Shown here piece by piece: positions 1-14,200 of a stretch of 64,000 nt of DNA. The DNA lies in NCBI RefSeq assembly GCF_036321535.1, contig NC_087437.1, positions 58,468,001-58,532,000 on the forward strand. The letters are read 5' to 3'. This stretch comes from Camelus dromedarius (taxonomy: Eukaryota). The number at the start of each line of letters is the position of its first letter. Positions within the stretch are counted from its first letter, which is position 1. The notes beneath the pieces are model-generated. The model saw only the letters and a program-made list of their open reading frames with translations, was not told the origin of the DNA and made no database searches. The position numbers and the translations under genes are program-made.

Positions 1-59
1 ACGAAGCCAGGAGCACTTTTTTTGTACCTGGCACTGCCTCATGTATTGCCTTATACATC

Positions 60-480
60 AGTGGGAGTAAAAACTGTTACAACTCTATGCTGAGAGGATC
101 AACCAAAGGGCTGAAACTCCAAAGGCTATGCTCAGACTCTACCACCACATTCACCTTAAGGCCACACTTCCCCTGGGCCCCTCATAGCTAATAACCGAGG
201 AAAGCAGGGCTTCTAATCACACACATTCTTGTGGAACACTAGACACCTCTGATGGGCAACTTTGGCCTTGACTTCCTTGGACTTGCGTGGCAGTCCGAAG
301 CTGCTCACGCAGTCCTCCTTCTTGCCCTCTGTCCTTCACAAGGGTCAGACCCACTTCCTAATGTGGTGCCCTCCCCACCTCCTCTGGCCTCCTAACCTTT
401 TCCCCCCATAGATAATTCCTCCAATACCTGTCTTACACCTCACAACAACATCTCCATCTCAAAAGACTTGGACAAATGTA
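60..480 (+). mobile_element. Degenerate ERVL-type solo LTR (LTR16-like)
   Basis: ccttcacaagggtcagacc...ttcccccataga...ccaata...ctcaaaagacttggacaaa resembles the recalled LTR16 3' half; ends approximate. Confidence 0.55.
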
Positions 481-499
481 ATAGTTTCCTACTATTTGG

Positions 500-930
500 G
501 TAAAAATGTGGCAGAAAATACATATAAGGAATATATTCACACATAAGTATAACGTATCTCTAAAAGTGTGTAAAATAAATTGGGGTTATCAGTTGTCTCT
601 AGAGAGGGGAACTTGGAGTTGGGGAACAAGGATGGGAGGGAGGTTCTCACAACATAACTTCTCTAACTTTAGAATTTAAAATCATGTGAACGTTTTCTCT
701 ATTTGAAAAAATTCATGCACTTTTTAAGTGAGCAATAACTAGGCTGCAAAGTAGCATGATCCCATTTAAAATAACTAGACGTCATAAATCAAAGGAACAT
801 TTATAATACATGAATTTTCAAACATCAAAGGTTATAGTCAATAATGTTATCATTTTCCTTGCCTGCATATTTACATGTTCTAAATGCACTCATAATTTTA
901 TGTAATAATAAGAAAAGTAACTATTTTTAA
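500..930 (+). mobile_element. Ancient L1 (L1ME-like) 3' UTR remnants
   Basis: gttgtctctagagaggggaacttgg...gggagggagg and aatgttatc...acatgttc patterns. Confidence 0.45.
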
Positions 931-2168
931 GGTAAGCAATAAGTCTTTGCAGAATCTTTTGAAGTCATGCTGACAATGACTCCACACATCAGTTCCCTCC
1001 ACACCAAATATGTTCCTTATTTTGTTATAACAGAGGACCCAGCTCTCCTGTAGGAGTCTTCTCTATTAAAGAGTGTAACTAAATCCAACATGTCTTAACC
1101 TTAACTTTGGCAGGACTAAGAAGTTTTAATTCATTTAGAAGACTAGTGGGCAAAGATTCTTTTTATCTCCATGAGTACTTAATCTAATTCACGAATACAA
1201 CTACACTGTTAATCACAGCAATACAATTACAAAAATGAAAAACTGAATGTAGATATCAGTTTGGATGTCAAACTTCACCATGGGTTTGTGAAGGTGCTGC
1301 TGGTTTGGAATGCACTATGTAGTCCAAATGCTTGTCTACATTTAGGAAGCTGATGTGCAATGATGAGTCAGTCACTGTCTTTATGTGCCGTTCACTATGA
1401 CAGGCACTGGTAATACAAGAAGGAATAAGACAGGATCTTGGCCTTCATGTGAAACTTGTCTTTGAGATGGAGAAGCAGACAGGCAACTTCACAAAGAACT
1501 AAGAGCTCAGTTTTCCTATCATCCCTTCTGTACTTCATTTATTGGTCTAAAGGGTAGTTAGCAATGATTAAATCAAATTTAAAAGAACAGATTAGAGGAA
1601 TTAAAATATGTATATTTCCCCTTGCTTGAATATGTAAAATTTCTGTCTCTTACAGAGTTTCAAAGTTGTCTTAAAATTAGAAAATTTAAGGGAGTTTATG
1701 AGTTTCAAAATATGAATCTTTTAAAGTAAGTTCCATAGACATTATGTACATACAGAAAAGCATGTTTTTAAAGAGTTAAAAAAAAAAGTAAATACAGATT
1801 TGAGAACTAACCCCAAAAGTGTTATAGGCAAAACTGTTTTAAACAGCTTCAAAACAAAACCATTTAGAGGAAAATTCTCTCACATTTGGAAGAGAAGATG
1901 TATAAATAGAATTTCCAATCTTACAGGGATCTTTGAAAAGAAAAATGTTCAATGTATTTGAAATACTTAGTCAAGATTGGACAGAATTTTATTTCCTGAT
2001 CAGCTTAAATAAAAAAGTATGAATAAACTCAGCATTCTTTTTAACCTTATCATCTCAAAAGAGTAATTGGTGTCAAGAATTCATGTCAACTGTAATTGTG
2101 ACTTGCTTTTTGAAGTCAGGATGTTATATAACTACAAAATCTCATCATATCCCAGAAATAAAACTTAC

Positions 2169-2257
2169 ATCCAAACGCCTATATAAGTCTGGAAAATCAG
2201 CAAATAGAATGAATAGACACACACCCAGCTGTATGGCCAGTACAAGGACAAATATAT
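2169..2257 (-). CDS. ATP13A4: ATP13A4 exon 28 (89 nt) [29 protein letters not shown] (M9)
   Basis: cctcag|ATATA ... GAT|gtaagt. Confidence 0.95.
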
Positions 2258-5200
2258 CTGAGGAAATAAGAACACAAACTATCATTTAGATAAATCTGAG
2301 TACAGAGTGTTACACTTATTGATAGACATATTTTAGATTAACACTGATTAAATTTACTTGATTTCTACACCTAACACAGCATAAAGGATGAAGAGTACTC
2401 ATTTCTATGCAATGGGTCTCACCTCTGCAATGTCTATGCCTGTCCTTGAGGTAAGTGGAAATTTTGACATGCATGTTATATGTTTCAATTAATAAAAATG
2501 GGAACTATATATAGGGTAACATTGGCAAAATACATTTTCAATAAATGCCTTGGAGATAGCCAAATATCTGGGTCTCCTTCATGCAAATCATCTGCCTCAA
2601 ATCCTTCTCTGGAAAAAAGAAGGGCTGAAATTAAACAAATGTTTAAATTGCAATTGTGTGAAGGTCACATTCGACTGCTTCGTCATCTGAAGAAGAGTAA
2701 AATAACTTTCTCCAAACAGATTTTTATGATGATATTAATTCTTCAAGTTTTTCTTCTAAATTTTCCCAATTAGAGGAATGGCGATGCTATATAAATAAAA
2801 GTCTCAAAGGCTAACCAGGTCACCCACTTCTCCTAACACACACCTCCACCCCCAGCCCAGAGTGTAACGAGGTGACAGGTACTTTGGCCAAGAGCCTCAA
2901 TAATCTTCTATAGTCAGGTTCCTCCAGGCTGGAATCACTCCCAGAACTGCCAACCACACAATGCCATCCTGACCATCTTATACACGGCAGGAGACACTTC
3001 CAACTGAGTACTGTGACCCTTCTCCCAACTTCCTCCAAGATGAATTCTGACAAGTACTGACAAAGTGGAGAAATGTGTCTTCCTCATCTGGAGTGATCCC
3101 ATGAGAAGACACCTAAATTTCGAGTGAAGGAAAAAGGTGGATTAAGAAGCCCTAGTATTAATGCAGCTTTGAAGGAGGTAGAAAGGGACCAGAAATGAGA
3201 CTGCATATATTTTTTTTTTTACAGAGCCCTGGAGTGGAAGTCAGGAGACCCTAGATGCACCAAGTCTGAAAGTGCTCCTTGAGTGACCCAGGCTTGTCCT
3301 CCTCTCTGATGACCTCTCACCTCTGATCTGGTACAGTCCTACTCACAGTTTCTGTAGGTGGGCTGCCTGAATGGTTTTCCTTTAGAGAAGACAAGAGCCA
3401 CAATGATGCAATTGATTGTTCCCAAGAACCATATAGTAGTATTCTCAAAACTTGGGAAGTCACTGTTACTTCCATTCTTTTCTGGAGCAGTTGGAGAAAC
3501 GGTTAACTTTGAGATGGTTTCATTTCGCATCGTGCAGGCACTAAAAAGGAAACCAAAGAAACTGATGAAGAAGGGAGATGGCAAGTCCTTATGAAGCATT
3601 TGTATCCACACAACTGCATGTCCTCAATGCTTTTATAATTGCCTATACTTTGAGAAAGAATATACTGAAGAAAGAAACCAGCATGTATAGAGCTATATTT
3701 TGGGTAGATAGACAGATGATGATGATGATAGAAGACAGAAGATAGAAGATAGATAGATAGATTGATAGACAGATAGATAGATAACAAATTCAGCAAGTTA
3801 TATATTCAATAAATTGGGCACCGATCATGTGTTAAGGCTATTTGCGAGAAAAAGACGTAAGTAAGTCATGATTATTCCTTCTGTTTGCTTAAGATCTCTG
3901 AACATTTACAAGCAGAATGACCGTATAATTTTATCATCCAACAGGCACAGATGTGAATGTGAAAGGGAAAAATTAATCATTTCATTGGGATATCAGACTT
4001 AGACTAGGGCTGCCTAGCCGGACTATAATGCATGGTCACCCTAGATATAAAAGATGGACATGGTTTATTATCATACAAGATGAGCAAAGACACGTGTCAA
4101 TGAATGACACCACCAAACTGTGCTACAGAGAAGAGAAGATGACTGGAAAATTGCCAAGGGCCTTAAGGAAGCCAAAGCTTTTGGCAGAATGAAGATCCAT
4201 TTGCCTCTCATCATATGGGCCGCACAATGTTCGACAGAAATTAGAATGTGAGAAGCTGGAAACGAGGCTGTGATCATACCTGTGCATCTCCATGGAATAC
4301 CAAGGCTGCCTCTGTACCAGAATGAAGCCCACAATGTGCATGGCCAGGCTGAGAAGAATGTTGAAAATCACAGAGAGAAGCAGAGGTGGGGAGATCAGCC
4401 GTCCTGCAGGTCTGAAAGGCACCAGCTTGGGATAGGCACCATTCAAATTCACTAGAAAATAAATTCAAACTTTTATACATGAGAATAGGAAAATGTTGTA
4501 TTCTTCACCAGAAGAATGGTGTAACTTCTTGGACCCACATATATTAGAAAATTGGTAAATTGAAATACATCACAAAGCGAGGGAACACAGCAATGAATGA
4601 ATTCAAACTCAAGCCATATGAGGAACTCTTAAGAGAGCAGACATAGAACAACCAGAAGATGCCTTTCCCCCTATTAAATAGAGAAAGACTATTAAATTAC
4701 AGATGAAATGAACACTCTCATACATTGCCTGTGGAAACATAAATTGACACAAAAATACCTTCCGCAGGGCAATTAAGCAATAAATAGGAAGAGACTAAAA
4801 AATGTTCATAACTTTTGACACATTTATTCCACTTTCAGAAATTTCTCCTAAGCTAAAAAATCAGATTTAGAAAGATGTTCATCACAGCATCATTTACAAT
4901 AAATTATGGTACACCTCTACAATGAAACAACGTGCAGTCACTAAGAAGTAATGCTTTCAAATACAAAATTACAAAGTAAGGATTGACATCAACAAAATGG
5001 TAGATTAGGCAGTTCCAAGATCCCATACTTCTATAGAAACACTGAAGAACATGCAGAAACAATCAGAATCAACTTTGTCAGAACTCTGAAAAACAGACAC
5101 AGATTTACAGCAACCAAGCAAAATGCAGAGTCAAGAAAAAGACAACTTAAAAATGGAAGGATAGGGGTGGAGAGTGTAGCTCAAGTGGTAGAGTACATGC

Positions 5201-8200
5201 TTGGCTTGCATGAGGTCCTGGGTTCAATCCCCAAGACCTCCATTAAATACATAATTAAATAAATGAACTTAATTACCCCCCCCCAAAATGAAACTAAAAA
5301 CTTTTAAAAAATGAGAGGAAAGCTGTGTGGCATTTTTACTTGCCCCAGCCCCTCTCTCTCCTTAGCTCAGTGGCAATCTTGAAGATGGGTGTCTGCATTC
5401 CCAGTTGGGGACCCTGGTACCTGGTTACAAAAGGGAAAAAGTAGACTTTATCCACAAATGATTGTGTATGTCTGTCCTATCCTGTCTAGGGGCTACCTGA
5501 AGGACTGGTGCAAGGTGCTCACCTCTGTGTCACCTAATACAAAACTCGCTCCGGGTGGAAGAGCAGCATACATTCCTTGAAAACACTGTAAGGCTAACAA
5601 ACTACCCACAGTCGCCTAGAGCTAAAGACTACAGTTGAGACATAAAATAACCATCTGAAGACTAGGTAGAAAAGTTAAGGAACATTTGTTTAAAAAATCA
5701 TTGTATTCAAAAGTACCTGTGTATGTTGGGGAACATAGAAAGTCATGTGCATGCCCAGGGCAAGATGTAGGCTCAGAAAAGACCAGAAAAGACCCTAAGT
5801 TTTCAGCCCTGGATGATCGCTAGACTCAGCACAAGCGTGGCTAAGTGCTGAAGAGCCTGGCACAGAGCCAATCTGCAAAGACTGGGACAGGTATTTCTAT
5901 ATTCCTGTTTTTAAATTCTTGGAATTCAGTGGAATCCCTGTCAAAACATTGGCTGAACAAAAGCTAAAGTAACAGAGATTTTAGTGACCACACATGACAA
6001 CTGATACGACCTTTGCAAAAATAGTTTAGAAAAGTTACTAAATAAATGGATTACTACAGTCTTCAAAAAGCAGCCAAATATCAAGCCCTGGGGAAGGGAG
6101 AGAATCTGATTTCCAGAGTTACAGCATTATAACATTGAATGGAATAAAATAAATTGACAGAAATAAATTCTGAGGAAACACAGACATTGGACTTACTGGG
6201 TGAAGACTCTAAAAAAAAAAAACTGTCTTAAATATGCTCAAAGAACTAAAGGAAATCATGGACAAAGAACTAAAGGAAACTAGGAAAATAATGTGTGAAC
6301 AAAAGGAGAATAACAGCAAAGAGAGAGGAATTTTAAAAAGAAGCCAAAAGACATTCTTTTTAAAGAATCTTTTTTTAAGACACATGCACCCCGGTGTTCA
6401 CAGCAGCACTATTTACAATAATAGCCAAGATATGGAAACAACCTAAATGTCCATCAACAGATGAATGGATAAAGAAGATATATATATATATATATATATA
6501 CACACTGGAATATTACTCAGCCATAAAAAAGAATGAAATAATGCCATTTGCAGTAACATGGATGGACACAGAGATTATCACTAAATGTAGTAAATCAGCC
6601 AGAGAAAGACAAATATCATAAGATGTCACTTATATGTGGAATCTAAAAGAAAAAATTATACAAATTTTATTTACAAGCCCAAAATAGACTCACCAACATG
6701 GAAAACAAGCTCTGGTTACAAGGGGGGAAAGGCAGGGGGAAGGGACAGATTAGGAGTCTGGGATTAACTGATATACATTACTATATATAAAATAGATAAA
6801 TATTAAGGAACTACTGTATAACCCAGGGAACTATATTCAATTTCTTGTAATGAGCCATAATGGAAAAGAAACTGAAAACATATATATATGTATGTATTTA
6901 TGTATATGTATAAATAATTACTTTGCTGTGCACTTGAAACTAACATTGTAAACTGACTACAGTTCAATAAAAATAAGAATAAAAAAAGTTAAACAACAAG
7001 GTTTCACTGTACATCACAGGGAACTATATTCAATATCTTGTAATAACCTATAATGAAAAATAATGTGAAAAGGAATATATATGTATATATGTATAACTGA
7101 ATCACTATTCTGTACACCAGAAATTAACACAACATTTTAAACTGACTATACTTCAATTTAAAAAGTCTGAAATAAAAGAATCCTTTTTTATAATTTCTAT
7201 CTCTTTATTGGCATACTCATTTTGCCCAGTAAAGGTAACTACTGGGGTGAATATAAAAGCAAATATTATTACATTTTTGTTTCTTAACTCCACTTTTTAT
7301 TTCTACATGATTTAAAAGACAGATGCATAAAAAATAATTATATTTATGTTATTGGGCACACAAGAGATAAAGACGTAACCTGTGACAACATAAAAAAGGG
7401 AGACAGGGCTATAAAGCGGTAGAGTTTTTGCCTCCTACTGAAGTTAAGGTACCAATTCGAACTAGATTGTTATAAATTTAGCATGTTATATGTAATTCCC
7501 ATGATTATATTATGTAATAATTAAAAAAAGTTACAGCTAACATCACACTCAAGGGTAAGAGACTGAAAGCTTTCCTCCTGAGATAAGGAACAAAACAAGA
7601 ACGCCCACTTTCACCACTGTTATTCAACACTGCCTTGAAGGTTTTGCCTAGCACAATTAGAGAAGGTAAAGAAATAAGTCATTCATTCAAGTAGAAGAAA
7701 GAAAACGATCTCTATTCACAAGTGACAAAATCCTTTATATTGGAAATTTCAAGGAATTCACAAGACAGCTGCTAGGAGTAATAAATGACTTCAGTTATGT
7801 TGCAGGATACAAGGTCAACACATAAAAATCAGTTGTGTTTCTATACACTAGCAATGAATATTTTAAAAAGGAAATTAAGAAAATTCTATTTTCAATGGCA
7901 TCTAAAAGAATAAAATACCTAGGAGTAAATTTAACCAAAAAGGAGAAAAATCTGAAAATTATAGAACTTTGTTGAAAGAAATTAAAATAAGACATAAGTA
8001 AATGGAAATACATCCAAAGCTCATGGATTGGAAGGCAGTATTTTAAGATATCAATACTACCCAAAGTGATCCTCAGATTCAATGCAACGTTTGTCAAAAT
8101 TCAAATGACATTTTTTTGCAGAATGGAAAAGTTGATTCTCAAATTCACGTAGAATTGTAAAGGGCCCTGAATAGTCAAAACAATCATAAAAAGGAACGAT

Positions 8201-11200
8201 GTTGGAGGACTTACATTTTTTGATTTCAAACTCACTCCAAAATAATAAACAAAACAGTGTGATACTGACATAGGAACAGAATTGAGTGTCCAGCAATAAA
8301 CATAAATCTACAGGAAAGGAATTATTTTTTCCCATTTATGTATTTCAAGTGCCTGTTAGAGTAAATAGTACAAACTAGACACTCATTAAATGCGTAACAA
8401 TTTTGTGGAATATCAAATCCGGTAGAGTAAAGCATTGCTTGGGCATGTTAAATGTCTGCCCTGTTAAATATCCAAGATTAGATGCTGAGTAGTTGCATTT
8501 CCAGAACTCAGGATAGACATTAAGGCTAGAGATATAAATTTGGGATTCATCAGCATATAAATGACATTAAAGCCACAGAATTGGTTGAAATCACTTAGGG
8601 AGATGGTGCAGATGGAAAGGACAAGAGAACCAAAGAACAAGCTCTGGAACATTCTAAAAGTCAGAGCACAGGCAAAGGAGCAGAGGCCAACAACAGAGAT
8701 GGGGAAGGTGTATTCATTAAAGGGCTAGATAATTCAGGAGTGTTTGGCATCACAAAAGCCAAGAGAAGAAGCCTTTTGAGGAAGGAGAATGCTGTTGAGA
8801 GATTCCAGCACAATGAGGAAGGAGACATGATCATTACTGTTGACAGCAGGGAAGTCCCTGGTGGCCTTGACCAGACAACAGTGTCAGGGAGGTGGCAGCA
8901 GAGACAGGAGTTGTTCTCTTTGAATATGTTCTTAGAAAACAGAGCTTTTGAACATGTTTTTTTAAATGATAAGTTGGTGTGAGAGCGGTTAAGATTATGA
9001 TGAGAAGGTACAAGATGAGATAGTGTGAAAGCAAGACCACGAGGCATGTGGAAAAGGCAGCTTAAGACTGGTACTTCTGAATGTGTCAGTACTGTGTACC
9101 CTCCCAGCCAGTGGTGGTTGGAGCTGGCTCATATGGGTTCACAAAGGCCAATCGCTGCTAAGTTTGTGAGCCAGTTATTAAACACAGCCGTTATTAAAAG
9201 AAAATTATATAAAGTTGCAATTAAATATCTTAAAAGTAAAGGTAATAAATACTCAAAATTGACAGCATCCTAACCATTTTACCACATTTTAGCATTATCT
9301 GTGTTCTTACAGTTAATAATGACAATTCAACTTAAGTGTATGTTATGTATGTAACGTAGCCATCATATCAAGAACAATTTTTAACTGAGGAACTATTTTT
9401 CCAGCTTTCAAGAACCAAGCTTCCAAATAAGCATATAAGTTGCTCATATGACTGATGACTGATTAAAGTTTCAACATGAGTCTTTGTTATTTTGCTCATT
9501 CAGGTAAAGAAAGACGTCAACCAACATTCACGTTAGAACTGATTCAGTCATCAGTCGCAACCATATGTTGACAATGGATAGAGGGGTTTGGCAAAACTCA
9601 GTGAAAACGTTCTGTAAGAATCAGTTGGCTGAATGGAATTTGCAAGAAAGCAATTATTTTATTATTATTTGAAAATTGCCCTCTACATATTTTTCTTTTC
9701 AGTAAAGCTTATAATACACTCATGTGCATACATATACAAACATTTGGGACAGAGGGAAGCCAATTGTTAAATATTTTCTGGCATACCACTGCCTTCCACC
9801 AAATACAGCACAGTGTCAGTATCCAAATTCATGCCCTCGAATGTTAGAATCTGGCTGAGTGACATGAAATGACAATAGAGTTACAGATGGCAAGTGGGCA
9901 AAGAAGAGATACACAACTATTTGGGAAGTTTGAGCTAGTGGTGGGTTTGAGGTCGAGGAAAAGCTTTTAAAGAAAGAAAATGCAAAAATATATTTGTATG
10001 CTGATGGTGAAGAAAGAGATTACTACAGCAATACAATCCTTGAGAAAGCAGGATCGGGTAGGGTTAAAAGTACAAGTGGACCTGCGGGCATTTATATGTA
10101 ACAGAGAGAAAAGCAAAGAATATGGTAAAGATGACGGTTAGTGGATGGGTTGGGGAAAAAAATCCCATAGCAGGGAAACTGGAGAGACAATTCATATATT
10201 AGTTAAGAGGTGGGAAGTGGGAGTGGCGCATTGGCAAGATTACCTTTAATCTCTATTCTAAATCCTGAGAGGCTAGGGTTGGACATGGAAACATAAAAGC
10301 CATTTAGCTTCTATAAATTGGGCACATTTGGACCATAACTATACCTAAAAGCACACTGAAGTCAGCATTCCTGATTTTCAAGGTGCTTTTTTTTTTCATT
10401 TTAAATGTTTCATGACCATTTATGGAAGCTCTATATTTTATGGAGAACAGCAGAACAGCTAGCCAGCTTCTCCTTTGCTAACTCTTTCAACACATGAAAA
10501 TGAAGATTCCATTTCCTCTTTCTCTGTACGCTCTACCACTTTGGGGAATAAGTCACTACTGTGGCAGGCTCTGCCCCTCCTGATGGACAACCCTAGGCGG
10601 GCAGAGGGAGGCATGCGGAAGGAAGCACCTCTGAGAAGAAGGCTTAAAAAAATGTCTTACTTGTTACACCAATTAGAGTTGTAATGGCCAGATCCTGGAA
10701 CAGAAACTGGTAATTTGAAAGGCTGTTTGTCTCCTGAAATTAAAAAGGAAAATGGTTCAAAAAAAATGTTACGACCTTCTGGATGAACTTTGACATCAAT
10801 TGCACTCATTTTCTCACAGCAACATAGGATTTCCGAGCAAATTACCAAGGAGACGGTGTGGTCAGGGGTCTGGTCATGTTGGCAGGGGTATCAAAGACAA
10901 GCCTGCAAACCCCTCTCTAACCAGGAGGGCCACTGCCATGTGCTTTTGGGGCTGGTCCTTTGAGCATAGATATCATCCCTTATTGAGGGGACTATCTCAT
11001 TCTACCAGATTCATCTCTGCTCTCTTTTCTACTTGTTTGCAGAAAAGTTAGGGTTTGGTCTGGCATAAAAAAAAGGGTGTGTTTCCAAGTGTAAGTGACA
11101 AATGTGTGGTGATCTTACCTAAATCTCACCAGTGGAAAATGAAAATAACTGAACTCACTATTTGCATTATTTGGTGTTGTTATAAAGTCCTAACAAAGCT

Positions 11201-14200
11201 CCTTGATATTCTTGAAAGAAAAAACGTTCAGGTCTTACTGATTTTAAGCAACGTGCTTCCTTGCCCTCCTCCACCACTCCTTAGTGTAAAAGAGCTAATG
11301 ATGACCCATGTTTAACTCTACTTTTGAGCATGAGTTATTGGGATTCCAAAATAGGGCCATATTTCTATAAAAAGCCTCCTCTTTTCCAGCTTATTCATCA
11401 GTGAGTAGTAAAAGACTTATATAATCTGGAAATAACAGAAGTAAAACCTTCAACCTTCAAGAGGGCAAGACATGGAGAAGAGCCTGGATATCTTCAGCAC
11501 AAATGGAATCTCCTTTCTCAGTGTAAGTTAATGGAAGACGCCCATAGATTAAGTTCACAGACACTACATGTATCTTTCTTCCTTTTCTGTTTTGTTAAAT
11601 AGAAAAAGCCATCAAAAGATCTGTGTACTTTGCGGGGTATGATATGCCAATTTTCAAATCCTTACATTCAGGAAATCAGTGATATGCTGCTTTATACTAG
11701 TTCATGAGAGTCAATTGCTAAATTTTCAGGGGTTTTGTGAATTGGCTGTGAAACACAGTCAATATAAAAAATTAAATTATACAAATTTACCATTATATAA
11801 ATTGTGATAAAAAATAAAGTTAATAAATACTCAAAACTTCACATTTCCCCATCATTTTCCTACATTTTGTTTTGCCGTTATCTATGGTCTTGAGGTTACC
11901 TACAACTTTTGTATCTATATGATGCAACCACTATAGAAGGCATACTACTGGACGTGTCTTCCCAACTCCATGTTCAGTGGCACCAGGGAGATACCTGGAA
12001 ACCAGCCATGGTGGGCATATTTATACCATTGAAATTGGCAAGTATTAAGAATCAGGGTTTGTTTTTCCAGGAAGAGCCAGTTATGTAACAGTTAGCAGCA
12101 CCCCCGTCAGAGAAGCATCTCCTTAATGAATGATGTGCTAAGGCAGAGCCACACTGGGGTTGGGAAGCTGGAGTCCTAGCCCAGGCAAGCAAAAGTAACA
12201 ACGAGAGAGAAAGGTTGTGTTCAGTTCTGATCCTAGGCTACAACTATATAAAAAGCTTCTGTCAGGGACTCAGAGAGTTGACACCAACAAGTTTTCCTGA
12301 GTACTTCAGTCTATTTCTGATTTACTTTCAAAAAACTTTAAAGGGCATTTTAGAGGGGCTGTTGGTGCTCGAAATATCTCCTTTGCGCACTTTGTTTAAG
12401 ATGCATTGCAAATTGAGAGTGACCGCTACTTGTTTTAGGCTTCACTAACCAAGAGGCTAGGTCCCAAGTCATACCCAGTAGAGCAGCAGAACACCGATAT
12501 ACTGAATCATGCTGTACAGAGCCATGTACTTAAACATGCAAAATGATGTAACGAGAGCTGCACGTCCTTCCCTGTGTGAGAAAAGAAATGAGAAAGTAAT
12601 GAAATGAAAGCACTGGGAAGAAATGAGGTCAGTTATTCTGTGCTGTTCAGCTGAGCTCAGGAGAAAAAAGTTGAAAGCCTGATTATTCGATCATTTGTCT
12701 GACAGACCAGAAAACCTTGAGCCAGTGGGAGGCAGCGGTCAGTATGCTAAATCACCAGATTTTCAAGAAAGACCAACTCCAGGCCAAAGTCCACAGGCCT
12801 TTGATGAGCAGTGGAGCCCAGAGTCAGAGTCACTCTTGTCCTCTCTGTGGGCGCTATTTCAGCTCCAGGTCTGGAGACCTGTGAACTGGTCCCAGAGCTC
12901 ATATCTACTCACTAATGTGATTTAGAAGGTCATTTTCCATCTCTCAGTCACTGTTTCTTCATCTGTGAACTGAAGAATTTTAATAAGATTGCAGGTTTGG
13001 GGGCCATTTTCATGCTCCAGGTGCTCCGGGAATTTGGCAAACATCTCATTCAAATCGCATTTGGCAGTCCTACCTTCTTCTAAAACCGAACTAAAACAAT
13101 CTGCATACTCAAATCAGGCATACATCAAATTTAAAGAGACTGGAATCAATGAGCATCTTCATTTGTGTTTCTGTTGATTGAGTAAATAGTATATATTTAA
13201 AGCATAAAACAGATTACTCATGAAATACTACGTTCACCTCTTCCATTTGGGAAAAGAATAGAGTTTCAATTTACTTCTGGTCAGAATGATTTCCTGGGAT
13301 TCCGGATCCCAGTCCTCAAAGCAGGCTTCTTCTTCTTATCAGGGCTCTGCTGCTGCCATTTACTCTGCCTAGAAGGTAGTTTCTCCTCCTCCCTCACCCT
13401 CTTCGCAAGGCTTCTCCACACCACGTGTCTGAAGCAGCCAGTTCCACCACCCAAGCCATCTTCCCCTTTTTTATGTTACCCTTGCTTTTCTGTACATGTG
13501 TTTATCGCCTGTCTTCTTTACCGGCAGAAAGCTTTGTGACATCAAAGCATATTTAATCGATTTGCTTCTGGGTCCCCAGTGCCTCCCCCAGTTCCTGGCA
13601 CTAAGTCCCTACTTTATAAATATTTATTGAATACAGGAATACATTTTTAAACAGGGAGGAGCTCGCCAAATCATTATTTTAATGTGGTGGGAAGAGTATG
13701 GTATTTGTAGATAATACACATTGGAACAAAATTAATTCTAATACAATCTTCAGTCCTATATGTCTGTGAGCTTGGATACATCAATTAAGTTCTCTGAGCC
13801 TCAATATTTTTGTTTCTAAAAGAAATAGTGACCATTCCTACATTTCCAGGCTGTTTGGTGTATAATAGGCATTAAAGCATTTTATAAACTGTAAACATAT
13901 ACTAGTTATAATAACCAAAATCAGCCACAATGTCCACCATTTCCATCATTGAAATAAAGGTATACTCCAGGGCTGGCTGAGGGGTACAAAACACCAAGGA
14001 AAATTTTAGTAGAAGCAGCAAAGATGAATAAATATTCTGAAAACGGGGGATGGGAAGGATATTTCAAGGAAGCACAAAGAGGCAAGAGAAAAGGAAGGCA
14101 GCTGGCGAAGAACGTGTTTCTGTCCATCCCCCCGTTAATACAGCATCTAAGGAGACATATTTAAAATAATAATAATAAGAGTACAATTGACATTTTCAAA

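Larger units (their letters stand above)
4981..8320 (+). mobile_element. Old fragmented L1 (5' UTR/ORF1 remnant, ORF2 remnant about 7530-8320), interrupted by younger insertions
   Basis: ORF1-like [18 protein letters not shown]2-like ctgaaagctttcctcctgagataaggaacaaaacaag, aaaaatcagttgtgtttctatacactagc, tcatggattggaagg; many stops. Confidence 0.8.

Noticed and set aside
1350..1420. C/D box snoRNA suggested by ATGATGA at 1360
   Set aside because: It is antisense to the host transcript, and I see no suitably placed CTGA D box or terminal stem.
5163..5242. tRNA-Ala genes (also at 22758, 51203, 63933)
   Set aside because: Stem mismatches, A-rich tails and TSDs show they are retroposed SINE copies.
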